The translations under genes and the position numbers were made by a program. DNA of 64,000 nt from assembly GCF_009914755.1 (NCBI RefSeq), contig NC_060926.1; one strand, written 5' to 3'. This document shows, piece by piece, positions 27,889 through 44,450 of the stretch. Source of the stretch: the human T2T-CHM13v2.0 reference genome, Homo sapiens. The notes below the pieces were generated by a model. The model was not told the DNA's origin and searched no databases. It was given only the letters and a program-made list of their open reading frames with translations. Position 1 is the first letter of the stretch; each line of letters opens with the position of its first letter.

Positions 27889-28994
27889 CACGTTTTCTCC
27901 TTCTGCATCATTTCTCGGCTGAGGTGCTTACAGCTCTCTACAAATTCTCATTGTATACCCAAGTGAGAAAGAAACTCTTCATTTCCCCTTCTCTGGGCAG
28001 TACTTCTTAAGCAAGCTACATTGAAGACTTAGCAATTATTTGCATAATTAGAAAATTTGGTACCCATTCAATTTGATCAATATATCCATTTTTCAAAATA
28101 ACCAAGGAATTGCCAAATCTCCATCCAACTTTTTGTTTGACATGGCTTTGCAGAAGAATATAAAACGAAGGGGGTGTGTGCATGTGTGTGGGCATATGTG
28201 TGTGTATACAAGGCCGAACTACCGAAGAGATTTGCCCAAGGTCATAGAATAGTTCCTTGCCATTTCCTTTATTGTCTGTCCTCAAATTCTTTTTTAGTAG
28301 AAAGCAAAGGAAGAGAAATGACGCTGGCTTCTAAATTTCATTATAAAAGCTTCCATTTAAAACAAAATGTATTGCATATGATAATTGCAACCAGAGCTGG
28401 TGAAGGCAGTGGTTTTCAGCCTGGTAAGAATTGTGGGACTGCTCTTAAACATGCTGACTTCAATGAACCCCTGGTCCTCTAACTAGGCTGTGAATAATAG
28501 GACATTAAAAAATAGTTATGTGGCACAAAACACAAACACATTTAATGTTTATTATTTTGGTTAACAAAATGCACATTTATTTGAAAATAAATTCTATTCA
28601 TTTTTTAAATTCTTTTGTTCTTTCCACTTTTATTCTGTTTTTTATTCTACCCAGGTAACTTCCAGAACGTACATACCTTTCTTAACCAAAAAAAATTATG
28701 GTACTAGTTCTGTGTTATCATAGTAGAGTGCTCTCTGTTTTCTCTGAAGTCCAAGTTTGAATTGGTAAACACAAAGCTGTTTGGAAAAACAAAAATACAA
28801 CTGTTAATTAAAACCTGTCCTCCTCACCCCCAAATAACAAGCTGTTGAATTCAAATGTTGTTTTCTTATGTTGCTGTTGTTTCATACCTGCTTGTGGGTG
28901 TAAACACAGCATCTGTCCCTTCTTGATAGGTGTCAAGGAGTTCAGGGGACTTCTGTTATGACAATGAAGATGAATGACACTTACCAAAATTTTC

Positions 28995-29195
28995 CCATTC
29001 CAAGCCTGGTACCAACCACTTTACACCTATTAATTTATGTCATCCTGCCTGAGAAGACAGAAATTATTAGCTCCTTCTTACAAGTGAGAAATTAGCCTTG
29101 CGAAGGTCAAGGGCTTGCCCAAGTTCACCTTGGCTGGGTAGTAGAGGAAGCACCAAAAGTCCAGCATCCAGATTACCTCTTCCATGCTGCACTGT
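28995..29195 (-). mobile_element. MIR
   Basis: 'attattagctccttcttacaagtgagaaatt...aggtcaagggcttgcccaagttcac'. Confidence 0.6.
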
Positions 29196-30524
29196 CTCGT
29201 GGGCAAAGCAGTTACTTTTGATTCACATTGAGGTTGCGAGCATCCTAATAGTCTTCTTCCGTCACTAACATGAATTTAACAGAGGATATTTGGCAAATTC
29301 TATTAAAAATATGTAATTCTCCATTAAAATATTCAAATTATATTTAAAATCCATTTTACCCACACCCATGAAATTCGTAGAAAATATCCGGTTACTGAGG
29401 AGCTATTAGTTAGCTCTCTGAACTTTAATTACTCCCAGGACTGTGATTTGCATGGACAAATCAAAAAACACAATGGAGAACAAAGAAGAGGTTCAGCAAA
29501 GAAATGAGATAGTTTTCTCACCCTTTCCCCTTATTTGTCCTTTGCTACAGGTCTTGCATTATCAAACAAAGGCATGCATCACGTGCAAAGAATAGAAAAC
29601 AAGAGAGATGAAATGGGCATCTTTCTGGAAACGTTGTTTGCGAGCCTAGCTTTGAAATTTACACCTCCAGGTTGATCCTTCACTTGCCAGTACACATGTC
29701 TGAAACCAATACTCTAAGAAGAATACTGAACAGCATGAATATGTCTTCTGGATTTCCTTCCTTGGCAATGAGATGCTATTCTTGGGATAGATCATCCAGC
29801 CTTGAGTTTTTCTGCTAATCCACTCAGGAGCCAGCCTTTGGGCTCTGAAATAGATCTGCTCCTTCTCTATCAACAATATGCACATACTGTGCACCAAAAG
29901 TCTTGGAGCACAGTACGGAGCCTGAGACTTCTTCAGGAGCTACGAATAAGGGAGTTCTTCCTGTTAAACTCATTACATTTACAAAGGCCCACCCGTCGTT
30001 TTTCCTAAAATAATTTCCTTTTATGAATGTAGAGTTGAAATGTTACACTAACAATTCCCATACTTGTTCCAAGATTTTTCACAGACTTGCCATACCTAAA
30101 CAACTTTCTCCTTACAGCTTCAAAGATAGGACTAAATATATCATCCCTATTTAACAATCTTAAAATTTGAAAAATTTTTAAAAGAGGGAATCATCTTCCC
30201 CTAATAAGAAGAGGCATACTGACCATAATTCCTCAATTACTTTTACTTTCTAATCCAAATGAACATATAGATGAAAGGTGTTTTTCAAAATGCAGAGTAG
30301 GTGCAAAATCTTTCATCAGAGGTGAAGTATTTGATATGTCCTTGGTCATGAAAGAAATCCTCAAAATTAAGATTTATTTTTACATTTCATCTTTTTATAG
30401 CCAACTGTCCACATAACCACCAGAAAAAAATACCATGATGGATTTTTTTTTAATTTAATGAAGGTAACTGATCTTTTTAGAGTTTTTCTGATAGGCACAG
30501 AACCTATTAAAATATGCATATTTT

Positions 30525-30601
30525 ATATATATACATACCTGTGTGTGTGTGAGCACACGCACGTGTGTGTGCGCCTGTGTGCCTGGGTGTGTATGTGTGT
30601 G
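30525..30601. repeat. Degenerate (TA)/(TG) alternating purine-pyrimidine tract
   Basis: Seen directly in the sequence. Confidence 0.8.
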
Positions 30602-32401
30602 GATACATCTTCAGCTCAAGTAGCAACAGTGACCTCTAGTGTGTCTTTTAAATTTTCTCCCTCTACAACTTTAACTCATTGTTTCTTTAACCTCTAGGGC
30701 ATTATTTAAGCAAAATGTTACAGTTCATATTTGGTCTAATTTCTGTATTGACTCTATATGCTGACAACTTATTCTTGAGAAATCTTCTTTGATCTTGGTA
30801 ATGTATGATAAAATAATTGTGCCTTCATTAATGACTGTAATTATAGTACATAAAGCTGTCATTTAAATGAATAATCACCCCCCCCCACCCCTCAAAAAAG
30901 GTTGGCTTCATTTGCAAAATGAATTTAACTTCAGCTGAATAACTCTTTGAGCTATAAGCCAGGAGCATCCACATGCAGTCATGTATTGTTTGCAAGAGTG
31001 CTCGTTTCTCATTGATGAGGTCCCCTCCCCCGTTCTTTTTAACTAAAATTAAGAGAGAATCAAAGAATCCGTCGGGCAAAACATTTTTTTTCAGTTTTGG
31101 GGGTTTTGCCTTAGACGTGTGCTGATGTCAGGACAGAGTCCACAAGAATGAAGTGGCCTGGCTCTGGCAGCTTGTGTCAGCACTTTCATTCCAAGTTCCT
31201 CTTTTCAGGAGTTTATAACATTGCAATAAAATTTATTATGGGCTGGGACTTGGCATACAGGAGCCTGGGCTAACACCGTAAAGTAGTTTGGAGATTTTTT
31301 TCTTTTTTTTTTTCCAAGCAAATGTTCAAATCTGTTGGGTCCTGTTTCCCTTTTTAGGGAGTTCAAAATAAAAGCCTGCTCTCATCTGGTCACATGGCCT
31401 TGGTTTCTCCTGGTCTTGCTTTCCCTGTGGGCTGTTAGAGGAGAACTGAAAAGGGTCCCCTACCTACGCTATGGTAAACTCTTTTAGGATGAGTTGGAAA
31501 CAAACAAACAAAAGTAATAAAGAAGTAAATGTTTCCTGTAAATGAAAAAGGCCCTTAAAATTGTAATTGTTGGAAAAGAGCCTCCAGGGTAGGCGAGGGA
31601 AACATGAAAAGGTATTCAAGACTGTTTTCTATAATTGGGTGATCTTCTATGCCCCCCAACAGCTGGGCTTGTTGGCAAACAAGAAGCTGTATGTGGAAAA
31701 CATGCTCCAATCTGTGTAAACGAAGCAAGCCATGAAAATTAGCATCATCCCCAGGTTAAAAAACAAAATAAAACATGCAGAACACAGACCCCTAGAGAAT
31801 CAGGTGGGAGGATGTGAGTATGTGGTTATGAGTATGTGCAAGCAGATCTGTTTGATACCGTGGCATATAGAAAATATACACTATACATTTACATTTAATG
31901 TATACCTTGTCATGCCTCCCTTGCTTTGTCTTCTTGTTATTGCCCACAAGAATCTATGTCTCAACGACAATTCCGAGATGACCCCCATCCAGAAAAAGAA
32001 CAAACAATTGAATCAGAAAAATGATTAATCCCATGGAAGGAAATTAATTAGGGGTGTACATAGCTCAATAAGGAATGTCAGAGTTAGAAGGAACTTAGAG
32101 TATTGCTTGACCAACCGCTCTTGTATTTTCATTTGCAAGTGAATAAGGTCCCGAATGTCAGCTTTTCCACATCAGAGCTGATATTCAACTAGAACACACA
32201 GTATATCTTTACAGGTGGTTAATGGGCAGCATGTGTTCTAATTGGACAGTGCCCAGCCTGGTTGATGTTTTTGGATACTTTCGAATATCACTGCTATCTG
32301 TGGTCACACACTGAGTTTGTGGCGATAAGCTATATCCTGGGTTTCTCTGCCAATCATCAGAAATTGTACAGACTCCAAAATTTCTAACTTGATAGATCTA
32401 C

Positions 32402-33392
<991 letters not shown>

Positions 33393-34619
33393 AACTCTTT
33401 TAGCTCTGTTGTCTTGAGAGGATTCCAGAAAAGAACTTGTGGTTTTAAGCTCTGGGAGCAGGTAGGGGGTTTGGTATGAGTGGAGGAGGGAAGCAATGGA
33501 AGGTGGTAAAGATTTTGAAGAGGAAAAGCACGGTAAGGTGGAATAGGTCCCTTACAAATGATCTAGATATAGAAGGCACTGGCAAAGACTAGACATTGGA
33601 TGAGAGCAAATCCAAATATGAATGATTATTCAGAATGGCTCACTTGGAGAATAAATGGGTTGTGTTGTCCTTAACAGTAATTAGTATAAGCACGCACACA
33701 GATTATTTACAGTCTATCGGCTCCTACCTCACCCCAACTACCAGATATTTATGGACAGTAAAATGCAGACACTTTTGTGCAAGTTTCTTACAAGGTTGTT
33801 TTATGTCTTCCTCTCATCTGCGTTTGCAGATGCTGGACTGTTGTATGTGTCAGATTTACCAGAATCATATTCTTCCCAGTCATTAATTCAGCGAAGTCTC
33901 TCCCATTATGCTCTTTTAATCTATTCTTTAAAATGTTTTCAGTACCTATCATGGAAGCATGTAATGCTAGATGTGTTTTTAGCTGTCCTACTGAGTCACC
34001 ACTAAATCTTTTAATGGAGCACAGTCCTTTTGTTAAAATTATTTTTTGCTTTAAAATGCTTGAGTTAGGGATAGAGGGATAGTGTTCAGTTTGAATCTTC
34101 TGGCTTTTGTCAATTTGTGTCAGCCCTTAATGTAATCTTTCCTTTTCAGTACAAATATCATAGCAGTTCTCCCTTTTAAAACAACTAAAGAAATGGACTT
34201 TTATTTTTAAATCCAGGAAACGAGTATCAGGAAGGAGAGCTTCTTTGCTCTAGAATCTCTTTTGAATTCATGGTTTCAGCTTTTCCTTTATTTAAAGGGA
34301 ATCCTTTTGAGATATTTTTATTTAGATGTTCTTTGTTGTTTTGAGAAAGAGAAAAAATATTCATGGGAAAAAAACAAGAGAAACCTGATTTTATTTATTA
34401 TTTTGATCACTGTAAGCACCTCTCATGTCAATTTTTTTTCCTGTGTTTGACTAGCAATGTGAGGGTATCCAAAGAGACATACGCTATTTTATTATAGTGC
34501 CAAAATAAAGATGTTCACTGCAGTATTGTTTAAGTTAATGAAAAATTGGAAACAATATGAATGTCTACAAATAGAGAATTGCTTAAATTAAAATGATGAA
34601 ATAGAAATGCAGTGATTAA

Positions 34620-35614
<995 letters not shown>

Positions 35615-35724
35615 AAAAGGCTGATGTTATCCATATTCATTGACAGTTTGTTTGTTTTTTTTTAGTGAAAAACAGCAGATTAGAAAAGAAGCAGAGTGTG
35701 ATTCTATTTAAATAAGGTTACACA

Positions 35725-38085
35725 CAGGTGTACTTTGATTGGGCCTCACTTTATTGTGCTTCACAAATATTCCATCTTTTACAAATTGTAGTTTCATAGC
35801 AACCCTGCATCAACCACATCTGCTGGCAGCATTTTTGCAACAGCAATGCTCACTTTGTGTCTCTGTGTCACATTTTGGTAATTCTCATAATATTTCAAAC
35901 TTTGTTATTATTATTATATATGTTTTGGTAATCTGTAATCATTGATGTTACTATTTTAATTGTTTTGGGGGGCCATGAACAATGCTCATATAAGACGGCA
36001 AACTTATCTGATGAATGTTCTGTGTGTTCTGATTGCTCCATTGATCAGCCATTCCCTCCTTTCTCCTTCTCCTTGGGCGTCCCTATACCCTGAGACATAG
36101 CAATATTGAAATTAGACCAGTTAATAACCCTACAATGGCCTCTGAGTGTTCCAGTGAAAGGAAGAATCTCATGCCTTCACTTGAAATCAAAAGCTAGAAA
36201 TGATTAAGCTTAGTGAGGAAGGCATGTGGAAATCCAAGACAGGCTGAAAGCAAGGCCTCTTGGGCCAGTTAGCTGAGTTGTGAATGCAATGGAAAAGTTT
36301 TTCCAGAAAATTAAAAGTGTTATTCCAGTGAACATACAAAGGATAAGATGGAGAAACAGACTTATTGCTGATATGGAGAAAGTTTAATGGTTTGGGTAGA
36401 AGATCAAACCAGCCTCAACATTCTCTTAAGCCAAAGCCTAACCTAGAGCAAGACCCTAACTGTTTTCAATTATATGAAGGCTGAGAGAGGTGAAGAAGCT
36501 GCAGAAGAAAAGTCTGAAGCAAGCAGAGGTTTCTTCAGGAGGCTTAAAAAAAAAACCATGTCCATAACATAAAAGTGCAAGATGAAGCAGCAAGTGCTGA
36601 TGGAGAAGCTGCAGCAAGTTATCCAGAAGATCTAGTTAAGATCATTGATGATAGTGACTACACTAAGCAACAAATACTCAATGCAGATAAAACAGCCTCA
36701 TATTGGGAGAGGATGTCATCATGGACTCTCAAGCTAGAATGCCTGGCTTCAAAGCTTCAAAGGACAGACTGACTTCCTTGGTAGGGACTATTGCATCTAG
36801 TGACTTTCAGTTGGAGCCAATGATTATTGACCATTCTGAAAATTCCAGGGCTCTTAAGAACTATGCTAAATCTACTCTTCCTTTGCTCTATAAATGGAAC
36901 AAGTTTGATGATTGCACATCTTTTTACAGCATGGTTTAATAAATATTTTAAGCCCACTCTTGAGACCTACTGCTCAGGAAAAAAAATTCCTTTCAAAATA
37001 GTACTGCTCATTGACAATGCAGCTAGTCAACCAAGAGCTCTGATGAAGCTGTACAAGGAGATGAACGTTGTTTTCACGCCTGCTAACAACATCCATTCTG
37101 CAGCCTATGGATCCAGGAGTAATTTTGGCTTTCAACTCTTATTACTTAAGAAATATATTTTGCATGGTTATAGTTGCCATATATAGTGATTCCTCTGCTC
37201 GATCTGAGCAAGGTAAATTGAAAATCTTTTAGAAAGGACTCACTGTTTTAGGTGTCATTAAGAACATTAGTGATTCATGAAAGGTCAAAATATCCACATT
37301 AACAGGAATTTGGAAGAAGTTGATTCCAACCCCCAGGGATGACTGTGAGGAGTTTGAGACATCAGTGGAGGAAGTAACTATAGATGTGGTAGAAATGGCA
37401 AGAGAACTAGAATTAGAAGTGGAGCCTGAAGATGTCCCTGAATTGCTGCAATCTCATGATAAAACTTTAACAGTTGAGGAGTTGTCTCTTATGGATGACC
37501 AAAAAGAGCAGTTTCTTGAGATGGAATCTACTGGTGAAGACGCTGTAATCATTGTTGAAATGGCATCAAAAGATTTAGGATATTTCATAAACTTAGTTGA
37601 TAAAGGAGCAGCAGTGTTTGAGAGGATTATCCCCAATTTGGAAAGAAGTTCTAATGTGCATTAAAATGTGATCAAACAACATTGCATGGTACAGAGAAAT
37701 CTTTCATGAAAGGAAGAGTCCATAGATATGGCAGACTTGATTGTTGAATTATTTTAAGAAATTGCCATAGCCACCCCAACCTTCAGAAACCACTAAACTG
37801 ATTAATCAGCAGCCATTAACATCAAGGCAAGACCTCTCACCAGCAAAAAGATTATGACTTGCTGAAGGCTCAGAAGATCATCAACATTTTTTAGCAATAA
37901 AGTATTTTTAAATTAAGTATGTCCATTTTTAGACAATTCTGTCGCATACTTGTCTTAATTGTCTATGGTAAACAACTTTTGTATGCACTGAGACACCAAG
38001 AACTTCATATGACTCACTTGATTGTGGTATCCACTTTATTGGGAAGGTCTGGAACTGAACCCACAATATCTCCAAGGCATGCCTA
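35725..38085 (+). mobile_element. Tigger1 DNA transposon, near full length (about 2.36 kb)
   Basis: Termini 'caggtgtact..ctttattgtgcttcaca' and 'caatatctccaaggcatgccta'+TA; internal transposase remnants. Confidence 0.93.
36135..37664 (+). pseudogene. Tigger1 pogo-family transposase pseudogene (TIGD1-like), frameshifted
   Basis: Start 'atggcctctgagtgttccagtgaaaggaag'; broken ORFs [56 protein letters not shown]. Confidence 0.88.
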
Positions 38086-38119
38086 TATGCACCTCTGCAT
38101 ATATAAACATCTATGTATA

Positions 38120-38810
<691 letters not shown>

Positions 38811-38959
38811 GGGAGGGAAGAGAGAGAAATATAACAATATAATCAAAATAATAACAGTGCCTAACTTTGGGTGGTAGGATTTAGTTTTTTATTATTATTT
38901 AGCTACCAAAAAAAAAAAAAAGAAAAAAAGAAAAAGAAATCTTCTTGAAAAACTGCAAT

Positions 38960-39390
38960 GGCTACCACTGCGTGGTGCTTTGGGGTAAATACTGTTGTTT
39001 GGCTGACCCAGCATTTATTTTCACCCTTTCTTCCCGCAGTACCTTCCCTCTTCAGATTGGAAAAGGAAAACACTTTCCCAGCTTTCCTTGCAACTAGAGT
39101 GACCATGTGACACAATTCTGGTGGTAAGGCAAAGTGAAAACGTGTGGGGGCCCACAGGAACCTAAGAAGGCTCTTCAGTTTGTTGTCTAGTGAAGCAGCA
39201 GCCAACACTCCATCACTGATCTCACAGGCATAAGGGAAAACCAAAGGCATTCCGGAGATGCCAGTCCTGATAGCATCAAGCCTTGACACTGAGGCAAGCA
39301 GAAGTCTACTTGTGAGAAAAATTAACTCCTCCTTGTTTCCCATTTGTATGGTATGTAAGTACTTGCAGCTAAAATTATTCTTAATTGATG
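38960..39390 (+). mobile_element. Old ERVL/MaLR LTR (MLT1J/K- or LTR16-like)
   Basis: 'tttcccagctttccttgcaactagagtgaccatgtgacacaattctgg' and end 'tacttgcagctaaaattattcttaattgat'. Confidence 0.5.
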
Positions 39391-39689
39391 AGGAATGAAA
39401 AAATAACATCACCTTTTAACCCCTGCATCATTCCAAATGCCCAGAGTTTATTATTCAGGAAAGCACTTTTATTTCTTCCTCTTTCTGTCTCTGTCTCTGT
39501 CTCTATCTCTCTTTCACACACACACACACGTGTATATATGCATTAATGTATGTGCACATGTACATATATTTATCTACCTTGCTTTCTGAAAATGAAAATA
39601 TATATTTAAATTTTTCCTTCTATAACTTGTTTTTATTTTAAAAGTAATGGCATGATTATCTTTATTGGTTCATGTAATTCTATCATATT

Positions 39690-39900
39690 CTTTTTAACAG
39701 CTTTATTGAGATATAATTCATGTAGCATAAAATTCACCCATTTAAAGTGTGTGATTCAATGTTTTTTGTATATGAAAAGTTGTGTAATCCTCACAATTGG
39801 TCTTAGAACATTTTCATCACCACTCTCCAAGAAAACCCTGCATTCATGTGCAGTCACTTCCCATTTCCCCCCAACTTTCCAGCCCTAGGCAACCAGTGCC
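39690..39900 (-). mobile_element. L1MB-like 3' end, within older L1M remnants
   Basis: 'ttttaacagctttattgagatataattca..aaaattcacccatttaaagtg...ccagccctaggcaacca'. Confidence 0.8.
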
Positions 39901-40387
39901 TTATTCTTTACAACAGCAGCTTAGTTTTCTGTAGCTGGATTTAACATAAATCAATCACTTCTCTACTGATAACTATGTAGGTCATGTGCAGTTTTTCATC
40001 ATTACAAATAATGCTGTGATGAACACTCTTATTACCTCCTCCTTTACCCTTTATTACATGGCTTAACTTTTCTACTTGCATATATTCATCTTTAGAATCA
40101 GGGAAAGGAATCTATTGACACTAGGAAATGCAGGTTGTGGCCTACAGAGAGGCACTTAGTGGCAATGACTCAGCTGGGGGCTGGATCCAGCTTGGGCTCC
40201 ACCTGCCAAGGGAGGTGTGTGCTCTGGAACAGGCTGCATAAGCCTGTTCCAAGGGGAAGTGGTGCTATTTGGTAAGAGTCTACCCAGGGGATTTCAGTGT
40301 TGTAGAAGGTCTCTTAGGATACTGCTTCTTCGAATTTACCAAAAGGCAGGGTCCTAGGGGAAAGTAGTGGAAGGTGGGGTTGGTTGA

Positions 40388-40753
40388 TGATATAGTTTGG
40401 CTGTAACCCCACCCAACCCAAATCTCATCTTGAATTGTAGTGCCCATAATTCCCATGTGTTGTGGTAGGAACCCAGTGGGAGATAATTGAATCATGGGGT
40501 GGTTTCGCCCATACTGTTCTCATGATTGTGAATAAGTCTCATGAGATCTGATGGTTTTATAAGGGGTTTCCCCTTTCACTTGGCTCTCATTCTCTCTTGC
40601 CTGCTGCCGTGTAAGATGTGGCTTTCACCTTCCACCATGATTGTGAGGCCTCCTCAGCCACATGGAACTGTGAGTCCATTAAACCTCTTTTTCTTTATAA
40701 ATCACCCAGTCTGGGGTAAGTCTTTATCAGCAGCTTGAAAATGGACTAATACA
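40388..40753 (+). mobile_element. THE1B-like solo LTR
   Basis: Termini tgatatagtttggctgt...ggactaataca; 'gagatctgatggttttataagggg'; ATTAAA signal. Confidence 0.93.
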
Positions 40754-40769
40754 GCTGGTTGAGGGAGGG

Positions 40770-41000
40770 TTTACAACTCTTGCAGGTTCTTACAGGCCAG
40801 AGCAAGGAGTTTGGATTTTATTCTGAGAGTGACAGGAAGCCATCAAAATCTTTTAAGTAGGGAAATAGTGTAACCTGATTTTTATCATAAAGAGATCACT
40901 CTGGTTGCTGTGTGAAGAATTTACTGTAAGCAAGCAAAAGTGAAAGATGGTGATAGATTAGAAAACTATTGTGGTGGCCCTGGTAAGAGACGGATTCAGT
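40770..41000 (-). mobile_element. L2 fragment
   Basis: 'aaggagtttggattttattctgagagtgacaggaagccat...agatcactctggttgctgtgtgaagaat'. Confidence 0.75.
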
Positions 41001-41480
41001 GTCAGAGAACTCAGAATTTAGGAAGAGAGATGAAGTATATGTGTTAGGATGATGCAAGGTAAAAAGTGATGTATGTCATGAAACAATTACATAAAAGAGA
41101 CACATGAAATACTATTGAAATTCATAAGTGGAAGGAATTATTTGTACTACATCCTGGAGCTCAGGAGTAGCCTTGTGATTAAGGATTGTAGTTGGGCCTT
41201 GACGAATGGGTAGAAAATATCTTTTGGAAGTAGTGGGGGACTGGGGAAGGTTGGTGGGTAGATAGAGGTATTCAAGAGGAGATAACGTCTTAGAATCTGT
41301 AATATTTACCACTCATACCTAAGGTGCCAGGCATTAAACAGGATTGTTTGACATGAGAAAGTTCCAACCTCAGACTAAGGACCTAGGTACTGAGAAAGTG
41401 GACTGCTCTTCTGGGGAATGGCCCAAGCTTTGGCTTCCATGATCACAGTCTTCTACAAATGAGACATTCCCTTAAGCCAT

Positions 41481-41981
41481 TAGAGTGGGCTGAATGGTGG
41501 CCCTCAAGGATATATTCATTTTATAATTCCCAGACCTGTGAATAACACCTTATATAGCAAAGGAGTGAATATTGCCTTATATGGCAAAAAATGTAATTAA
41601 GTTAAGGATCTTCGGAGGAGGTGATTTTCCTGAGTTATCTAGGTAGACCCTAAATACAATCAACATGTATCCTTATAAAGCTGCTGTAGGAAGATTTGAA
41701 ATAGACACACAGACACAAAAGAGGAGAAGGCAAGCTGAAGATAGAGGCAGAAATTGGGCCGCAAGCCCAGGAATGCTCAGCCACTGAAGCTGGAAGAGGC
41801 GAGGAACAGATTCCCCCTTGTAGCCTCAGAGGGAACACAGCCCTGCTGACACCTTGATCCCAGCTCAGTCATACTGACTTAGGATTTCTGGCCACCAGAG
41901 CGGTAATATAGTACATTTAGGTTGTTTTTAAGCCATAAAGTTTGTAGCAATTTGTTACAATGGCCACAAGAACTGAATACA
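41481..41981 (+). mobile_element. MLT1B/C-type solo LTR
   Basis: 'gtgggctgaatggtggccctc...cagccctgctgacaccttga...tgtagcaatttgttacaatggccacaagaactgaataca'. Confidence 0.85.
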
Positions 41982-42299
41982 GTCACATATATGTGAATGC
42001 ATTATTTGGAAAAGTTTGAGGTGCACTGGCCTAGGATGTTACCCAGCCTGAGGGAAATAGTTGTATATTTTACAATAGTTTTATGTTTACAAAGACCTTT
42101 TGGAAACTCAATACCTTAACTCAAGTGTGTAACCCTAGTGGGAGGATTACAGGACCACACTGGGTGAGGGGAAAGATATTTTAAATTAGGAGCAGGAGGC
42201 TAATGCGGTGCCATTACAGTCATAACCTTGAGAACACTGTTTTCAATGAGAGAACATGCTCTCTTGTGAGTGCCTCTTCCACCAGGGAGTTTTGATGGG

Positions 42300-42765
42300 T
42301 TTCAGGCCTGGGTTAATCGTGTGACCTTGAACAAATCATTGCAGGGCTCTCAATCCCAAATACTTACCTCCAAAATGGAGAAATGAATTCTTACTTCAAT
42401 TGTAGGATTTGAATATTAAAGAGGACACATGCAAATGCACTATGTAAATTGTAACATGTTATGAATTTAGTAGCACTGTTATTATTTTCCATGCATGAGA
42501 CCTGAAGTTTCCAAGCTGACGAGACAAATGACATCCTAGATTGGATGCCTGTTACTGCACCAGCTTTTGATGAAGATGAGACAAGGGCAAAGCTATTTAT
42601 GAGGGCAAACCAGGTGCCAAATATTGTGTGAAATAAGTCACTTCATCCTTACAGCAACCCTTAGGGGATAGGCATTATAACCTCCATTTTACGGATGAAT
42701 TGTTGTATATTGGAGAGTCTAGCACAGTCCTAGCACATAGTAGGTGCTCAATAAACGACAGCTGA
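42300..42765. mobile_element. MIR (+), MIR (-) and L2 3'-end remnants
   Basis: 'gtgtgaccttgaacaaatca..caaaatggaga'; 'catccttacagcaaccc..ccattttacggatga'; 'agcacatagtaggtgctcaataaa'. Confidence 0.6.
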
Positions 42766-44269
42766 TACTAAACTGGGTCTCCATTGGGCCCTAAAGTTTC
42801 TGCTTCAATTCTACATTAGGCCTATTCCATTACATAAAGCAAATTTTCAAAGGGCCATGATTTGAATCAAATGATTCTCTTCTGTTGCTTTCTGTGGAGC
42901 TCATTTAAAACACTAAGTACCTGCTTTGACTACAGCTCATAACCAGGCACAAGCCTCTGCTGCTGGCTGCCCCGTCCATGAAGTGGATGAATAAACAGAA
43001 CCAGGGATCTTTGTATCAGGGTAGCTTGATCATCCATGAAGGCTCTACGGAAGAAGAATGATGCCTATACCAGCCTCCAGACGCATTCCTCAAGCTTCCC
43101 TTTCTGTAAGCACAGGAGAGGAAGGGCCGCAGGGAGGTCCTTCCAACGCCTGCGCTTTGTAAGCTAATTATCATCTTAGGTAGCTGGCAGTCCTCAGGCT
43201 TTCCTTCCGGGCCTCTCTAGACAGTGCCATGAAGCTGCGTCAGTGATTTCAGTAATCCCTTTTATTATTCATCTTCAAAATATCTACTTAGTGGAAGTTA
43301 AACTCCAACCTCACATCATGTCAAATGTCCTGTATACAGGACAGGAGGTTGGATTTCCCGGTTTGAGGGTAAGAATGGCTTGTATTTGGGTGCTCAGTGA
43401 TTCAGAAGAGGTTATTTGGCAGAATGAGAATCTTTTTATACAGGCACGACACTAAAGGGGCCTTTAGTAAAATGCACTATCAATTTATAAGGAAAAATAC
43501 AACACCCTGATGCATTTCAAGAATTACACATTCACTGTGTCCCTAACAATGATCATAAGAAGAAGTTCAGATTCAAGGAATAGAGGGGTGTTAGATGCCT
43601 GTTTACATGGAAGAAGTAGGAGGAGGTAAAAGAGAAAGGAAGGGCATTAATAACAGCAAGGGTGCATAAATGTCAATAAGCAAAGGCATGTGATAGTAGA
43701 GGAGGAGCAGCAATGTCCAAGAATAATGATACCCCAAGGGATAAGGGGATGAGCAACCTGCAAGAGGTCCAATGCATAGCAGGACGTTGGTTCTGATCAG
43801 GTAAATGCAGGAAGGTTTTGTGGAGATGATGGCAGTTAAGTGCTGCCCTTGAAAGCTGGGAGGGTGTTTACAGCCAAAGCTATGGAGAGCACAGACTAAA
43901 TAATGGGAAACTTATATGTGAAAGCAAGAACACACGTAGGAAAATACAAAGCCTCTCAAGGAGTTTTTCAATCTTATGATTCAGGGATTAATATACAGAT
44001 CATTATGTACGGCTAATTATTCATTTAATTCAGGGCTAGGCAGGCAGACTAGAACTTGCCCATGGGAAAGGCTTTAAAAATTCTTATTCAGAGACACATG
44101 TGCATCAGGGATTCATTGAATAAAAAGGAAATTGTTTATGAGATTAAACCCAAATGTAAAGGTGGAGCCACCTGGCATAAACCCCACATGGGCATATACA
44201 AAGTGAGTTATAACTCGGGCACCAACCCTATCCACAGACTTCTCCAGCATACAGCAACACTGTAGTAAT

Positions 44270-44450
44270 AAAAGCACAGACCTTAGTGTTTCAGAGGAGC
44301 TCAAGATGACATTGTCCAGCCCCTATGCTTCAAAGAAAGATCTGAGATTCCTGCTGTAGGGCGTGAAGTCCGGAAAGTGACTTGTCCAAGGACATATTGT
44401 TTGTAAGTGGTAGAGATGGAGATATACCCTGAGTTCTTAGATTTATGCAG
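44270..44450 (-). mobile_element. MIR
   Basis: 'aagtgacttgtccaaggacatattgtttgtaagtggtagagatgg'. Confidence 0.55.

Noticed and set aside
41538-41590. About 27-bp tandem duplication in the MLT1 LTR
   Set aside because: May be a feature of the subfamily consensus rather than a locus-specific event; cannot be decided without alignment
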